DNA from: the human T2T-CHM13v2.0 reference genome, Homo sapiens | Strand: one strand, 5' to 3' | DNA length: 64,000 nucleotides | NCBI RefSeq assembly: GCF_009914755.1 | Contig: NC_060927.1 | Shown: piece after piece, positions 27,002 to 42,561 of the stretch | Position numbering within the stretch: the stretch's first letter is position 1 | Layout: every line of letters starts with the position of its first letter | Position numbers and translations under genes: made by a program | Notes under the pieces: generated by a model | The model's database searches: none | Told to the model about the DNA's origin: nothing | The model's input: the letters and a program-made list of their open reading frames with translations, nothing else

Positions 27002-28096
27002 TTAATTTGTATTTCTTTTATGACTAATGATGTTGAGGATTTTTTCATGTTTTTTGGCCACTTGTATGTCTTCTTTTGGAAAATGTCTGTTTGTGTTATT
27101 TGCCCATTTTTTAATGTTTGTTTTTTTCTTAAGTTCCTTGTAGATTCTGGATATTAGCCTTTTGTCAGATGCAGTTTTCACATTTTGCACATATTTTTTC
27201 CCCTTTCTGTAGGTTGTATGTTTACTCTGTTCACTGTTTCTTTTACTGTGTGAAAGCTTTTTTAAAATTGTCTCATTTGTGTATTTTTGTTTTTGAGGAC
27301 TTGGTTATAAATTATTTGCCTAGACCAATGTCCAGAATTTTTCTCAGGTTTTCTTCAGTATTTTTATAGTTTCAGGTCTTATGTTTAGCTCTTTAATCCA
27401 TCTTGAGTTAATCTTTGTATATGGTGAGAGGCATGGGTCCAGTTTCATTCTTCTACATATAGCTATCCAATTTTCCCAGACCCATTTACTGAATCGAGTG
27501 TCCTTTCCCCAGTGTATATTCTTGTTGATGATTAGCTGGTTGTAGGTATGTGGCTTTATTTCTGGGTTCCCTATTTTGTTCCAGTAATATATATATCTAT
27601 TTTTATGCCAGTACCATGTTGTGTTGGTTACTATAGTCTTGCAGTATATTTTGAAGTCAGATAATGTGATGCCTCCACGTGCTCTTGAACATGGGAGAGT
27701 TTAATGATTTTATTAACAAGAATAAAAAGAGCTCCTGAAGAAGTCAATCAAAGGGGAAAAAATCCACTGAAAAGCTAATCATCATAAGGATTGTTTACAA
27801 CAGAATCTGGCAAGACTGGAGAAGGGGACATTTTTCTCCTTTCATTTCATACTTCTATGAAAAACTGGTAGCAAAACCCAGGAATATAAAAATTTTCTGC
27901 TCTTCAGTTTTTTCTAAGAAGCAAAAACAAAGCTATTTATACATTTATAGAAAGGATATTTCTATGGTTAAAAATACTAAAGTTGTGGGTACCAAATATA
28001 TTTTTTAAAAGTAAAGATCAAACACTTCCCTGTTATGTCACAAGTAATAAAAAGAACTGCTGATAATACCCAACCTTCCTTTAAGAATTAAAAACA

Positions 28097-28375
<279 letters not shown>

Positions 28376-29977
28376 TCAGATGCCAGAGGATGTTTTATCT
28401 AATTTTTCAATACACACCTCATTCCATATACACAAACAGTAAGCAATCTGTTCATCCTATAATAGTGGCTTTGCAAATCTCACAGAATGCTATCATGGTT
28501 CCCATTCTACAAACTATATCGCATTCTGCCACAAATAGGCAAATATTTTATGCCTACAAGAAAACAGCTATTTGGATATAAATAGCTTTTAATTGCCTGA
28601 AACAATAGAGAAGGAGGAATCAACAACAACAACAAAAAAAGGTAGATTCACGTTCCTCTTACAGCCTGTGGCTTGTTGCTGCCATCTCTAAACAAACATT
28701 TAGAACTCATCTTTGAAAAGTCCTTTCCTCACATCTGAGGACAGAACTCTGTATAAAAGTTTCCAATGGTTGCCCCCACAGCTATAAGAATAAGGTTCAA
28801 GTCTCATAGCTTAGTAAGATACTTAGAAATTGACGTCTACGTAACTTCTCTCCCAGCCTCATCTTGTGCCATCCCTTCGCAATCCTTAGTCAACTAATAC
28901 CACACTTAAGATCATGAGGAATATGATCCCCAATTGAGAAGATGGGAGTAAACTGGCTAACTCTAAAATGTATTATTCAGGGGATATAGATGAAAGACAG
29001 ATACTAAAGGAAGTTCTCCAGGACCAAAGTGACACTAGACAGTAATGAATCCACATGAAGAAATAAAGAGCACTGGTAATGGTAATTACAGGTAAAGGAA
29101 AAATGACAGTATAAAAGGCTGTATAAATATAACTTCTACTTTTTTCTTCTCTTAAGAGGTAACTGCATAGAACAACTATAAAACTGTATTGTCAAGTTTA
29201 TCCCATATAAACATATGAAAATGAAGCACAAAAATGGGAGTGAATTATATTGAAAAAAAGAGATGACACTAGATGGTGACTCAAATCCACAATAAAAAAG
29301 AATACTGAAAGTGGTAAATATATACATTAATATAAAAGACTATAAATGTTTTTCTCTTTCTTCTTTAAAAGATAAACTCTATACAAAGCAATAATTAAAA
29401 CATTACTGTTGGGTTTATTACATAAATTAACATAATATATATGACAACAGTAAAAGAGACGAGAGAAAATAGTTATACCGGAGGACTATTACTATGTAAC
29501 AATCATTATTAATCTGAGGTAGACTGTGATGGAACAAACGCTAAAAATATAATTTTTAAAAATCAAATAAAAAATAGAAAATAGAAAAGGTGATAAAAGA
29601 GGAACATAAAAGACATGAGATGTATAGAAAACAAATAGCAACTGAGATACAAATCCAACCATTTCAAAAGTAATATTAAATATAAAAGGATTAAACACTC
29701 CATTAAAAAGAGAGATTGTTGGATTGGATTTAAAAAGCAATACCTAATTGTATGCTGTCTACCTAACACTTTAGATTCAAAGACACAAGCAGGCTGAAAC
29801 GATGGAAAAACATATACCACACAAAGAATACCCATAAGAGAGCTGAAGGAGTTATATTTGTACCTGACAAAACAGACTTTAAGTCAAAAAAAGTTACTGG
29901 AGACAAAGAGGAACATTTTTTTAACATTAATAGTATTAATTCAACAGGAAGATAAACATAAACATATGGAGCTAACA

Positions 29978-30367
<390 letters not shown>

Positions 30368-31622
30368 TTAACAATAATGATTAGAGACTTCTATGTTCCA
30401 CCCTAACAATAAATAAACAAGAAAGCAGGGAATTAGCAATGAAGATCTGAACAACACTATAAATTTGACCTAACTGACATCTATAGAAGACTCTGCCCAA
30501 CAGCAGTATAACTTATTCTCAAGCACATATAAAACAATCTCCAAAATAGATCACATGCTAGATCATAAAACAAGTCTCAAATTTAAAAGAACTGAACTGA
30601 TACAAAAAAATGTTTTTCAATCACTGTATAAGTAAATTAGAAATCAAAGATAAAAAGAAATTTCAGAAATCCAAACATGTTTGAAAATTAAACAAGACAC
30701 CTGTAAATAACCAATGGACTAGAGAGAAAAATCACAAAGGAATTTAGAATACATTCTGAGCAGAATGAAAATGTAAACAAAACACATCAAAACTCATAGG
30801 ATACAGACAATGCAGTGTTTAGAGGGAAGATTATAGCTGGGCACAGTGATGTTAAAAAAGAAAATTCTCAAGTGAGCTTCAACCTTAAGAAATTAGAAAA
30901 AGAGGAGCAAACCAAACCCAACACAAGTAGCAGGGGAAAAAACAATCAATATTAGAGGAAGAATCAATGAAACAGAAAAAAGAAAAAGAAGAAAATGAAA
31001 ACCAAAATTTGGTTTTTTAAAAAGACCAAGAAAACTGACAAACCTTTAATTAAGCTAACCAGAAAAAAAAAAAAAAAATGAAGATACTAATTACCAAAAT
31101 CAGGAATGAAAGAGAGGGTATCGCTACCGAACTCAGAGGAATTAAAAGAATTTTAAGGGAATATTATGAACAACTGTATACAAACAAATGTAAACAACTT
31201 AGAAAAAAATAAATTCTAAGACACAAATTACTGACTCTGAAGAAGATACAGAAAATATGAATAGAACTCTATCAACTAAAGAAATTAGTAATTAAAATCT
31301 TCCCACAAAGAAAAGCCTTGGCCCACATAGTTTCTTTCACTGGTGAATTTTACCAAACACTAAAGAAATAATATTAATCCTTCACAAACTCATCTAGATA
31401 CTTCAATAGAAAACACTTTCTAATTCCCTCCATGAGGCTAACATTACCTTAATACCAAAGCCAGACAAAGATATCACACGAATAGAGATTTTTTTTAATC
31501 CTAACAAAATATCAGCAAACCAAATCCAGCAGCATACAATAGGAATCATACAAATTGGCTATTCTTAAAACATTAAACATAAGCTTATTATACGACCCAG
31601 CGATTCTACTCAAGAATCTTTG

Positions 31623-31930
<308 letters not shown>

Positions 31931-34025
31931 TCTTCGCAAGAGAAGTTAAAACGTGTCCATACACAGACTCATACATGAATATTCATAGCAGTATTATTCA
32001 TAGTTGCCAAAAATGGGAAACAATTCAAATTTCCATCAACTTGTGAATGGATAAACAATATGTGATATATCCATACAATGGAATACTATTCAGCAACGAA
32101 GAACCAATTAATACATGTTACAACATGAATGAACCTCAACAACATTTATACCAAATTTTTAAAAGCCAGACAAAAAATGATCACGTATCATATGACTCCA
32201 CTTATATAAAATGTCCATAAAAGTTTATAAAATAAAACCATTATTCAATGGTGGCCTGGGGCTGGAGGTGGGACTAGGAGTAACTGCAAAGTAGGTACAA
32301 GGTATCTTTTTGGGGTGATGAAAATACTCTAAAACTGGTTTGTAATGATGAGTGCAAAATTCTTTAAATTTACTGAAAACAAATTGCACTCAAGACATTT
32401 TATGAATTTTATGGTATATAAATTATACCTCAATAAACTGTTAAAAAAAAAACACACTGATCTAACCAATCACCAGCTCTTTTAATCCAACTTAAAAGGC
32501 TGATCAGCTGTTCAGGACCTTAGCTGTAGAAGACATAACAAAAAACAACTGAATTACAGCTGGAGAGAACCAAAGTGGGTAAAAGGGAAGATTTTCTGAC
32601 ATGTTGATTCAGCACACAGGAACACCAAACCAATGAAAACTATAATCACATTTCAGAATCAATGTGGCTCAGATAGAGGGCTACTTGAAGAGTGGGTCAA
32701 ATTTCCATCTGCAGGGTAAATAATAACATGATACATGAACCAGACAAAGACACATTAAAAAAAAAGAAAACGATAGGCCGATATCACTGAGTAATATTGA
32801 CTCAAAAAATCCTCAACAAAATACTAGCAAACCAAATTCAACAACACACTAAAAAAAATCATTCATCATGACCAAGTGGGACTTATCCCCCGAGGGATGC
32901 AAGGATGGTTCAACACATGCAATCAATTAATATGATACATCATATCAACAAAATGAAGGACAAAAACCACATAGTCATGTCAACTGATGCTGAAAAAGCA
33001 TTTGATAAAATTCAACATCCCTTCATAATAAAAACTCTCACAAAACTAGATACAGAAGAAACATACCTCAACATAATGAAAGCCATATACCACAGACACA
33101 TAGCTAGTATCACACTGAATGGGGAAAATTGGAAAGTCTATCCTCTAAGATCTGGACCACAACTAGGATGCCCACTGTCACCACTGTTATTCAACATAGT
33201 ACTGGAAGTCCTAGAGAAATCAGACAAGAGAAAGAAATAAAGAGCATCCAAACTGGAAAGGAAGTCCAATTATCCTTGTCTGCAGATGATATGATCTTAT
33301 ATTTGAAAAATCCTAAAGACTCCACACACAAAAAAACTATTAGAACTGATAAATTCAGTAAAGTTGCAAGATACAAAAATCAACATACAATACTCAGTAG
33401 CATTTCTATATGCTAACAGCAAACAATCTGAAAAAGAAATCAAGAAAGTAATTCCATTTATAACAGCTACAAATAAAATACCAGGAATTAACCAAAGAAA
33501 TGAAAGACCTCTACAATGAAAATTATAAAACACTGATGCAAAAAAATTGATGAAGACACACAAAAAATGGAAAGATACTCCATGTTCATGGATTGGAAGA
33601 ATCAATATCATTAAAATGTTCACACTGCCAACAGCAATCTATAGATTTAATGCAATGCCAATGACAAAATACCAATGACATTCTTCACAGAAATAGAAAA
33701 AAAAACAATCCTAACATTTATATGGAACAACAAAAGACCCAGAATAGCCAAATCTAGCCTAAGCAAAAAGAACAAACTGGAGGAATCACACTACCTGACT
33801 TCAAATTATGCAACTGAACTATCCTAACCAAAACAGCATGGTATTAGCATAAAAAGACACATAGATCAGTGGAACACAATAGAGAACCCAGGGATAAATC
33901 CACATACCTACAATGAACTCATTTTTGACAAATGTGCCAAGAACACACATTAGGGAAAGGGTAGTCTCTTCAATAAATGGTGCCAGGAAAACTGGATCTC
34001 TACATGGAAAAGAATGAAGACTCCT

Positions 34026-34320
34026 GGCCGGGTGTGGTGGCTCACGCCTGTAATCCCAGCACTTTGGGAGGCCGAGGTGGGCGGATCACTTGAGGTCAGG
34101 AGTTTGAGACAAGCCTGGCCAAAATGGCAAAACACTGTCTCTACTACAAATACAAAAATTAGCCAGGCATGATGGTGCACGCCTGTAATCCCAGCTACTC
34201 AGGAGGCTGAGGCAGAACTGCTTGAACCTGGGAGGCAGAGGTTGCAGTAAGCCGAGATCCGCGCCACTGCACTCCAGCCTAGGCAACAGAGCAAGACTGT
34301 GTCTCAAAAAAAGAAAAAAA
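34026..34320 (+). mobile_element. AluS in L1
   Basis: TSD aaaagaatgaagacYcct. Confidence 0.95.
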
Positions 34321-34515
34321 GAATGAAGACCCCTACCTCTTGCCATATGCAAAAATCAAATCAAGATGGATTAAAGACTTAAATCCAAGACCTCAAACTA
34401 TGAAACTACTGAAAGAAAACATCTGGGACACTCTTCAGGACACTGACTGGGCAAAGATTTCTTGGCTAATACTCCACAAGCACAGACAATCAAAGCAAAT
34501 ATGGACAAATGGGGT

Positions 34516-34682
34516 CACATCAAGTTAAAAAGCTTCTGCACAGCAAAGGAAATAATCAACAAAGTGAAGAGACAACCCACAGAATGGGAGAAAATATTTT
34601 CACATCAAGTTAAAAAGCTTCTGCACAGCAAAGGAAATAATCAACAAAGTGAAGAGACAACCCATAGAATGGGAGAAAATAT
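34516..34682 (+). repeat. Near-perfect tandem duplication (82 bp, period 85) inside L1
   Basis: 34516-34597 versus 34601-34682, one mismatch seen (cccacag/cccatag). Confidence 0.95.
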
Positions 34683-35154
34683 CTGCAAACTAATTCTCTG
34701 ACAAGGGATTCATAACCAGAGAATATAAGGAGCTCAAACAAATGTACAGAAAAGAAACCTAATAACCCAATAAAAAAAAATGGGCAAAAGATCTGAATAG
34801 GCATTTCTCAAAAGAAAACATGTAAATGGCAAACAGGTACATGAAAAGGGTCTCGGCATCACTGAGCATCAGAGAAATGCAAATCAAAACTACAACCATC
34901 TCACCGCAGTTAAAATGGCTTTTATCCAAAAGTCAGACAATAACAAGTGCTGGAGAGGATGTGGAGAAAAGGGAACCCTTGTACACTGTTGGTAGGAATG
35001 CAAACTAGTACAACCACTAGGGAGAACAGTTTGGAGGTTCCTCAAAAAACTAAAAATGGCACTAGCACTACCATATGATCCAGTAATCCATCTGCTTGAT
35101 ATAACCCAAAGAAAGGAAATCAGTATATTGAAGAGATATCTGCACTCCCATGTT

Positions 35155-35295
35155 ATTATATAGGCATAATTTATATGTATAATGTTATATATTGTGTATA
35201 ATTTTTATATATAACATAATTTATATATAATTTTATTTTATAATTTTTATATTATTTTATAATAATTGATATATAATATGCACATTATATATAAA
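35155..35295. repeat. AT-rich low-complexity expansion inside L1
   Basis: Degenerate (tataat/atttt)n. Confidence 0.8.
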
Positions 35296-36154
35296 AACCT
35301 TGGTTATTATTCACAACAACCAAGATTTGGAAGCAACTTAAATGTCCATTAACAAAGAATATATGGTCCATACACACATACTGTTCAGCTATAAAAAAGA
35401 ATCACAGCCTGTCATTTGCAACAACATGGAACTGGAGGTAATTATGTTCAGTGAAATAAGCCAGGCACAAAAAGACAAAGTTTGCATGTTCTCACTTATT
35501 TGTGGAAGCTAAAAATTAAAACAATTGAACTCATGGAGACAGACAGTAGAAGGATGGTTGGGAAGACCATCCTCTGAGACCCATCCTTTCTCGGAGGCTG
35601 GGAAGGGTAGTTGGGGGATGGAGGGGTGGGGAGGGTTAATGGGTAGAAAAAAATAGAAAGAATGAATATGACCTAGCATTTGGCAGCACATCAGGGTGAC
35701 TATAGTCAAAAATAATTTAAATGAACATTTTAAAATAACAAAAGAGCATAACTGGGTTGTCTATAACACAAAGCACAAATGCTTGAGGTGATGGATACCC
35801 CATTTACCCAGATGTGGTTAGTATATGCACTGCATGCCTGTATCAAAATAGCTCCTGTAACCCATAAATATATACACCTACTGTGTACCCACAAAAGCTA
35901 AAAACAAAAATTTTTTAAAACATAAATAAAAGTTTGGTTTTTTTGGAATATTACATATATTAATATTTAAACTTGACATATGCTGATGGGAATGAATGTT
36001 TTCACTAACCAAAGAAATTCAACTCAAACAACTTTGATTTACTGCTTTACACTGAAGAAAACAAGATTTTTAAAGTTATACTGTTATATATAGCACACCC
36101 GGACAGAAACAAGCCTTGTTAAGGCTAAATTATGTAATGAGTGTTGCTTATCTG

Positions 36155-36570
36155 GTATATTAGACTGTTCTCGCCTTGCTATAAAGAAATATCCAAGACT
36201 GGGTAATTTATAAGAAAAGAGGTTTAACTGGCTCATCCTTTTGCAGGCTATACAGGAATCATAGTGGTATCTGCTTCCAGGGAGGCCTCAAGAAGCTTTC
36301 AATCATGGTGGAAGGCAAAGAGGTAGCAGGCACATCACATGGTGAAAGTAGGAGCAAGACAGATCAAGTGGCGAGGTGCCACACACTTTTAAATGACCAG
36401 ATCTCATGAGAACTCACTATCACAGGGACATCATCAAGGGGATGGTGCTAAGCCATTCATGAGAAATCTGCCCCCATGATCCAATCACCTCTCACCAGAC
36501 CCCAATCCCAACACTAAAGATTACATGTCAACATGAGATGTGGGCAAGAACACACATCCAAACTCTATCA
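36155..36570 (-). mobile_element. MaLR solo LTR (MSTB-like)
   Basis: tattagactgttctcgccttgctataaagaaata...catccaaactctatca. Confidence 0.85.
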
Positions 36571-36673
36571 CCTGGTTTTGCCCCATCTGAGCATCAGAAT
36601 CTTAATAGCGTCCATCCGGACACCAATATACAACAATATGTAGTGGCAGGAGGAGAAGTACAAAAAAAATGAA

Positions 36674-37018
36674 AAATAAGAGATAAACAATACACCTCAA
36701 TTTCAAATAAGGATAGAATTAGGAGTACAGCAGAATAGTTTGAGCCAAAAATAAGGGAAAAAAAAGAGAGAGAGGCAGAAATTAAAGTGTAGAAATAAAA
36801 CAATTTACAATAAGGAAAGGTATCAATAAGAAAGCAATGGGTAAAAAAAATGAATACAAATAAGAGATAAACAATACATCTAAATTTCAGATAAAGATAG
36901 AATTAAGAGTACAGTAGGCCAGTTTGAGCCAAAAATAATAAAAAAAAAGAGGCAGAAATCAAAATGTAGAAATAAAACAATTTACAATAAGCAAGGGTAT
37001 CAATACGAAAGCAATGGG
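36674..37018 (+). repeat. Diverged tandem duplication (period ~184 bp)
   Basis: 36674-36841 aligns by eye with 36858-37018. Confidence 0.9.
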
Positions 37019-37985
37019 CAAGTTGCAAGAGGCAGAAGATGGAGATGAAAAGGAGAAGACTGAAAGCGTGTGTACATTAGGAGTTAAGGCTTAAAAAGTT
37101 GGGCCAAAAGGGCTAAAGGAAGGGAGGTTAAGGTGGAAATGCAGGAACGAAAGCTGGGTAGGGTAGGTGATAGTTGAAGAAAAAGGGGATGGGTGTTGTA
37201 GAGAACAAAATGAAGAATAAAGCTCCATAATGGTTGATATGAAGTGAGCTGGGAGACCCTCAAATAGCCCAGAATAATGCAGGCATGGGATAATTATGCC
37301 TACAACACCCAGTCTGGACTGATTCTGGACTGTGAGCAAAGAAGTATCAATCAATATCTAGTAATTAAAGTAGACTGGTCACCCAAACAAAATCTCAAGA
37401 AATATACCGGTAGTAAAAACTGTCCCATACTTCAGAAAACACTATTATACATAATGTTGCTCAAATCACAAGGTCAAGACTTCTCAAGAGGTCAGTTTGT
37501 GGCGAAAGGGAACCAAACAGATTAGATGAAGTAGGTTCCAATACAGCAGAGTTCAGATTCACTGTAGGTAAAGAAGTGGGAGAACTGACAATGAAAAAAG
37601 TTGTGGTCAGAGAAAAAAAAAACAAAACACCTCAATTTCAAAACTAAGGCTCCAAGGAGGTAACAGAACAAGAAGGTGAGCAGGTAAAGGGTTCATGTGA
37701 TTTTGTAATGGATCTGGAAGGCTTATAAGGCAGAATATTGTTAGTAAGGAGACAACAATATGAACAGGTTGATTAGTGACATTAAAAGCGATACTTTAAT
37801 AGTTAAAACATAGGAGGTTCTAAAACCAATAATACACCAAGACATGTAAAATAATCTCCGTATTGATAATCTGTAATAGTTAAACAGTCACTGCACTTAA
37901 ATTTAAGTGAAGATGATATACAGAAATTCAGTTTTATAATAAAAGATTAACTGAATGGGAATTTGTTTTATTAAGGGACTCTATT

Positions 37986-38360
37986 TGTATTAGTCGGTTC
38001 TCACACTGCTATAAAATACCTGAAACTGGGTAATTTATAAAGAAAAGAGGTTTAATTGGCTCACAGTTTGGCAGGTTGTATAGGAAGCATAGCGGTTTCT
38101 GCTTCTGGGGAAGCCTCAGGAAACTTATAATCATGGCAGAAGGCAAAGGAGAAGCAGGCATATCTTACATGGCTGGAGCAGGAGCAAAATGGGGACACGG
38201 GGGTGCTAGGCACTTTTAAACAACCAGATCTCACGAGAATGTAGAACAGTACCAAAGGGGAAATCCCCCATGATCCAATCACCTCCCACAAGGTCCCACC
38301 TCCAACACTGGGGATTATAACTAGAAATGAGATTTAGGCACACAAATCCAAACCATATCA
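37986..38360 (-). mobile_element. MaLR solo LTR (MSTA-like)
   Basis: tgtattagtc...aaaccatatca; 5-bp TSD ctatt. Confidence 0.88.
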
Positions 38361-38819
38361 CTATTTTAAAAATAACTTACAATGCATTTCTTCAAAATAG
38401 CAAGTCACCTATTATTAAATGAGTGGATTAACTGTTACATAACATATACACAATCTTCCAGAACATTTCTAAAGTATATATATATATATTCCATATTACA
38501 TTTATCCCTCTTGACTAGCTTCTCAATTGGGAAATACTCCAACTAGGTTCCCTCTTTGTCCTGAGAATGTCTAAAAGGTTACAGCTCCTTGGCATTATCT
38601 GTTGAAGTTTCTTGATTCCAGACATCTCTATTTCAATCATTCAGGCTCTTACAGACATGCTAGTTTCTAACTACCTGCCTATGCCTTGGATTAGGCTACT
38701 TATTAGATCTACTTGACTAATACCACACTTGCTATTCTATCTGGTTTCAACTCCACTGCTCACTCTGATGCTGAAGTCTGCTTATACATCCTTTAAAAGC
38801 CAGCTGTTGTTAACCTTCA

Positions 38820-39640
38820 CGTATTAGTCCACTCTCACACTGCTATAAATAACTACCTGAGACTGGGTAATTTACAAAGAAAAGAGGTTTAATTGACTCA
38901 CAGTTCCACAGGCTTAATAAGAAGTATGACTCAAGAAACTTAGAATCACGGTGGAGGGCAAAGGGGAAGCAAGCACGTCTTAATATGGTGGAGCAGGAGG
39001 TAGGGGTATGTGCCACACACTTTAAACCATTGCATCTCGTGAAAACTCGCTCACTATCAAGAGAACAGCAAGGGGGAAATCTGCCCCAACAATCCAATAG
39101 CATCTCACCAGTCCCCTCCTCTGACACATGGAGATTACAATTTGAGAAGAAATTTGGGTGGGGACACAGAGCCAAACCATATCATTCCACACCTGGCCAC
39201 TCCCAAATCTCATGTCCTTTTCACATTTCAAAACCAACCATGCCTTTCCAATAGTCTCCCAAAATCTTAACTCGTCCCAGCGTTAACTCAGAAATCCAAG
39301 CCCAAAGTCTCATCTGAGACAAAAGCAAGTCTCTTCCATCTACGAGTCTGTAAAATAAAAAACAAGTTAGTTACTTGAAAGATACAATGGAGGTACAGGC
39401 ATTGGGTAAACGTTCCTGTTCCAATGGGAGACACTGGCCAAAACAAAGAGGCTACTGGCCCCATGCAAGTCTGAAACCCAGCAAGGCAGTCATTAAATCT
39501 TAAAGCTCCAAAATAATCTCCTTTGACTCCATGTCTCACATCCAGGGCACACTGATGCAAGAGGTGAGCTCTCAAGGCCTTGGGCAGCTCTGCCCCTGTG
39601 GCTCTGCAGGGTAAAGCCCCCGAGGCTGCTTTCACAAACA
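38820..39640 (-). mobile_element. MaLR LTR (THE1/MST, 38820-39184) plus truncated internal sequence
   Basis: LTR ends gagccaaaccatatca and continues into ttccacacctggccactcccaaatctcatgtcc (MaLR-int). Confidence 0.88.
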
Positions 39641-40479
39641 CAATATATACAGGGTCTGGAAGTCAACAGCTGAAAGCTTACCTACCATATAAACGAGTTA
39701 AAAAATACAAACAGTATAAACCAAGGGCAACAGTTCCTAAATTCTGACCATTTTATAACAATCGAAAGAGCTCCACTGATTAAAGTAATAGTGGATGCTG
39801 TAATGGATAAATCCCAAATTATCACATAACAGAATAGGTTATTTTTATTTCATGCTCACATAAAGTCAAAAAATCTATGTTAATGATCAGCTGGGTGTGC
39901 CTGAGGAGGCTGGAGACAACCCAGGCTGAAAGAAGTTCAGTTCTCTTTGACCCCTCATTTCCAAAGTTGCTCTGGCAACCACCACCCAGCCAGCAGGTGG
40001 AAAAGAAAGACAATCTTTCAAGGGAGGTTTCTATTTGCCAGGACTAAAGTAACACTCAACACTTCTGCTTTATTTCCTATGGCCAGATTTCAATCATATG
40101 GCCATCCCCAAACACAAAAGGTCTAGTAAATATAAGTTATCTGGGGCCTGGGAGAAAAGAAAACAAGTTTGGTAAACAGCAAGCTAGTCTTTACCACAAG
40201 AGGTTTTAAGACACAGATTCTGGGGCATTACCCCCAGAAGATCATCATTCAGCAGGTCTAATAGGATCCCAAAGAATATGTATTTAAGCTTGCCAAGTGA
40301 CTCTGATGTATGCTCCAAAGTTAGGAAACAGTGGCTTAGAAAGTAAAGAACTTGGAGCAAACAAGAAACTTTTCCATGAAAAATTTAAAAGAATGTACTA
40401 AATAAAGAAAAACTAAAAAGTGATGAAAAAATTAAGACTTCATGTCTAAGAGAATATAGGGTGCAACTGGGATTGCTTG

Positions 40480-41270
40480 TGATAGCAATCTCTTATGGCT
40501 TTCTTCCTAACTCTAGCAGCTTCTTAGATTTTCTTTCCTCCATTCATTCCATATTTTCCATGATACTCTGCTGGGCCATGAGCTTTTTCTCATTCCTTGA
40601 GTGACCTCATTCACTTTAATTATCACCTAAAAGCCCAGCCTCACATTTAACTGTCTACTGTAACAACACTTCTCCATTTAGATGTCCTACAAGGACCTCA
40701 ATATATCCAAAACTGAATTCACCTCACCTTCAAACCAGCTCTTCCAGCATGCTCTAAATCTTAGGCCCTCTAGTCAAATCCCCAGGAGTTACTGAAGAGT
40801 CATCCTTCTCCTTCAGCCCCTACTATCCAGTTATCAAGTCCTATCAATTTTACATCCTAAGTATCTCTGGAATCCATCCCTTTTGCCAGTATCTTAGGTA
40901 AAAACCACTTTTCAAATGGATAACACTTACTACCAGTTCCACCTGCCTCCAGCTTCACCTTCAACACAAACCTATATTCTATACTATCTTCCAGAATTGA
41001 TTCAAAACAAAATCCTGCACCGATTCCCTGCTTTGCCTCTTCCAGTGGCTCATCATTGCTTTCAGAATAAAGTTCCAACTTAGAACTCAGCACACAGGAT
41101 CTTCATGATTTGGCCCTTATCTCCAACAGGGTCATTTCTTCTCACTTCAAGTCCTCTGTGTTGCAACCATATTTACTTCTTGACAGTTCTCCAAACACAC
41201 TCTTGTGTCCTTTGGAGTCTGGTATAGCACTTGATGCACAATAAAATCAGAGTCAAATAAATTTACAAAC
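40480..41270. mobile_element. L2 fragment
   Basis: ctccatttagatgtcctacaaggacctcaa, ccagttatcaagtcctatcaattttac, cagtggctcatcattgctttcagaataaagttcca. Confidence 0.7.
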
Positions 41271-41542
41271 AGTCATGCTGAATTTGGGGCAACACAAATG
41301 TAGCTAACTGGAATTATCAAATAGGCAGATGTTAGAGAGATTCAAACTTAGGTGAAAACTCAAAACCAGAACCACAAATTTGGGAATCACCACTAAAGAA
41401 ACAGTATTTGGAAGTCTTAAGAATGAAGAAACTCTGACAATAATGTGATCTTGGTTAAAACCAGGGGATTTTTCTTTCCTAAACTTTCATTATACCCAAA
41501 TAGCTACCTTGTGCAAGACAGGGGCTATTTAATCCATGTTTA

Positions 41543-41850
<308 letters not shown>

Positions 41851-42561
41851 ATATAGCAGCAGCTAACAATCAATAAATTAGAAATAGGAAGGAACTTCCT
41901 CAACCTAATAAAAACCATCTATGAAAAACCAACAGCTACATCATACTTAATGATGAAAGATCATGAACAAGACAAGGATGTCTACTCTCACCACTTCTAC
42001 TGAACACCGTACTGGAGGTTCTAGTCTGGGCAAGTAAGCAAGAAATAAAAAGCATCCAGACTGGAAAGAAAAAAGCAAAATTATCTCTAGTCACGGAAAA
42101 TTATCTCTAGCCACTAAAAAAGTATTAGTGCTAATAAGAAAGTTCAACAAAGTTGTAGGATTCAAAAGCAATATATAAAATCACTTGTATTTCTATATAT
42201 TACCAATAAACAATCTAAAAATAAGAAAATTCCATACACAATAGCATTTTAAAACCTTAGAAATTTAAGAAAGTCCAAAACTTGTACTCTTGAAACTACA
42301 AGATACGATGAGATTAAAGAACCTTAATAAATGGAAAGCATCCCATGTTCATGGAAAGACTATTATCATTAAGATGGCAGTATTTCCCAAATTGATCTAT
42401 TGATTCAATACAATACCTATCGAAATTACAACTGTCTTTCTGGAAGAAATTGACCCATGGATGCTAAAATATGGGAATGCAAGTGACCCATAAAAGCCAA
42501 AATCTTAAAAAACAAAAACAAAAATTGGAAGACTTGCACTTCCCAATTTCAAACTTACTAC

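Larger units (their letters stand above)
25655..27677 (-). mobile_element. L1 (L1MA/PB-like) 3' portion, sense to ANKRD28, with MLT2A and MER85 inserts
   Basis: Reverse-complement L1 3'UTR and ORF2 end. Confidence 0.9.
32739..35910 (+). mobile_element. L1 (L1PB/MA-like) ORF2 3' half and 3'UTR, disrupted
   Basis: ORF fragments [56 protein letters not shown] (L1 RT motifs); frameshifted. Confidence 0.95.

Noticed and set aside
32905-35008. RT-like ORF fragments as an active retroelement
   Set aside because: Fragmented, frameshifted, Alu-interrupted L1 ORF2
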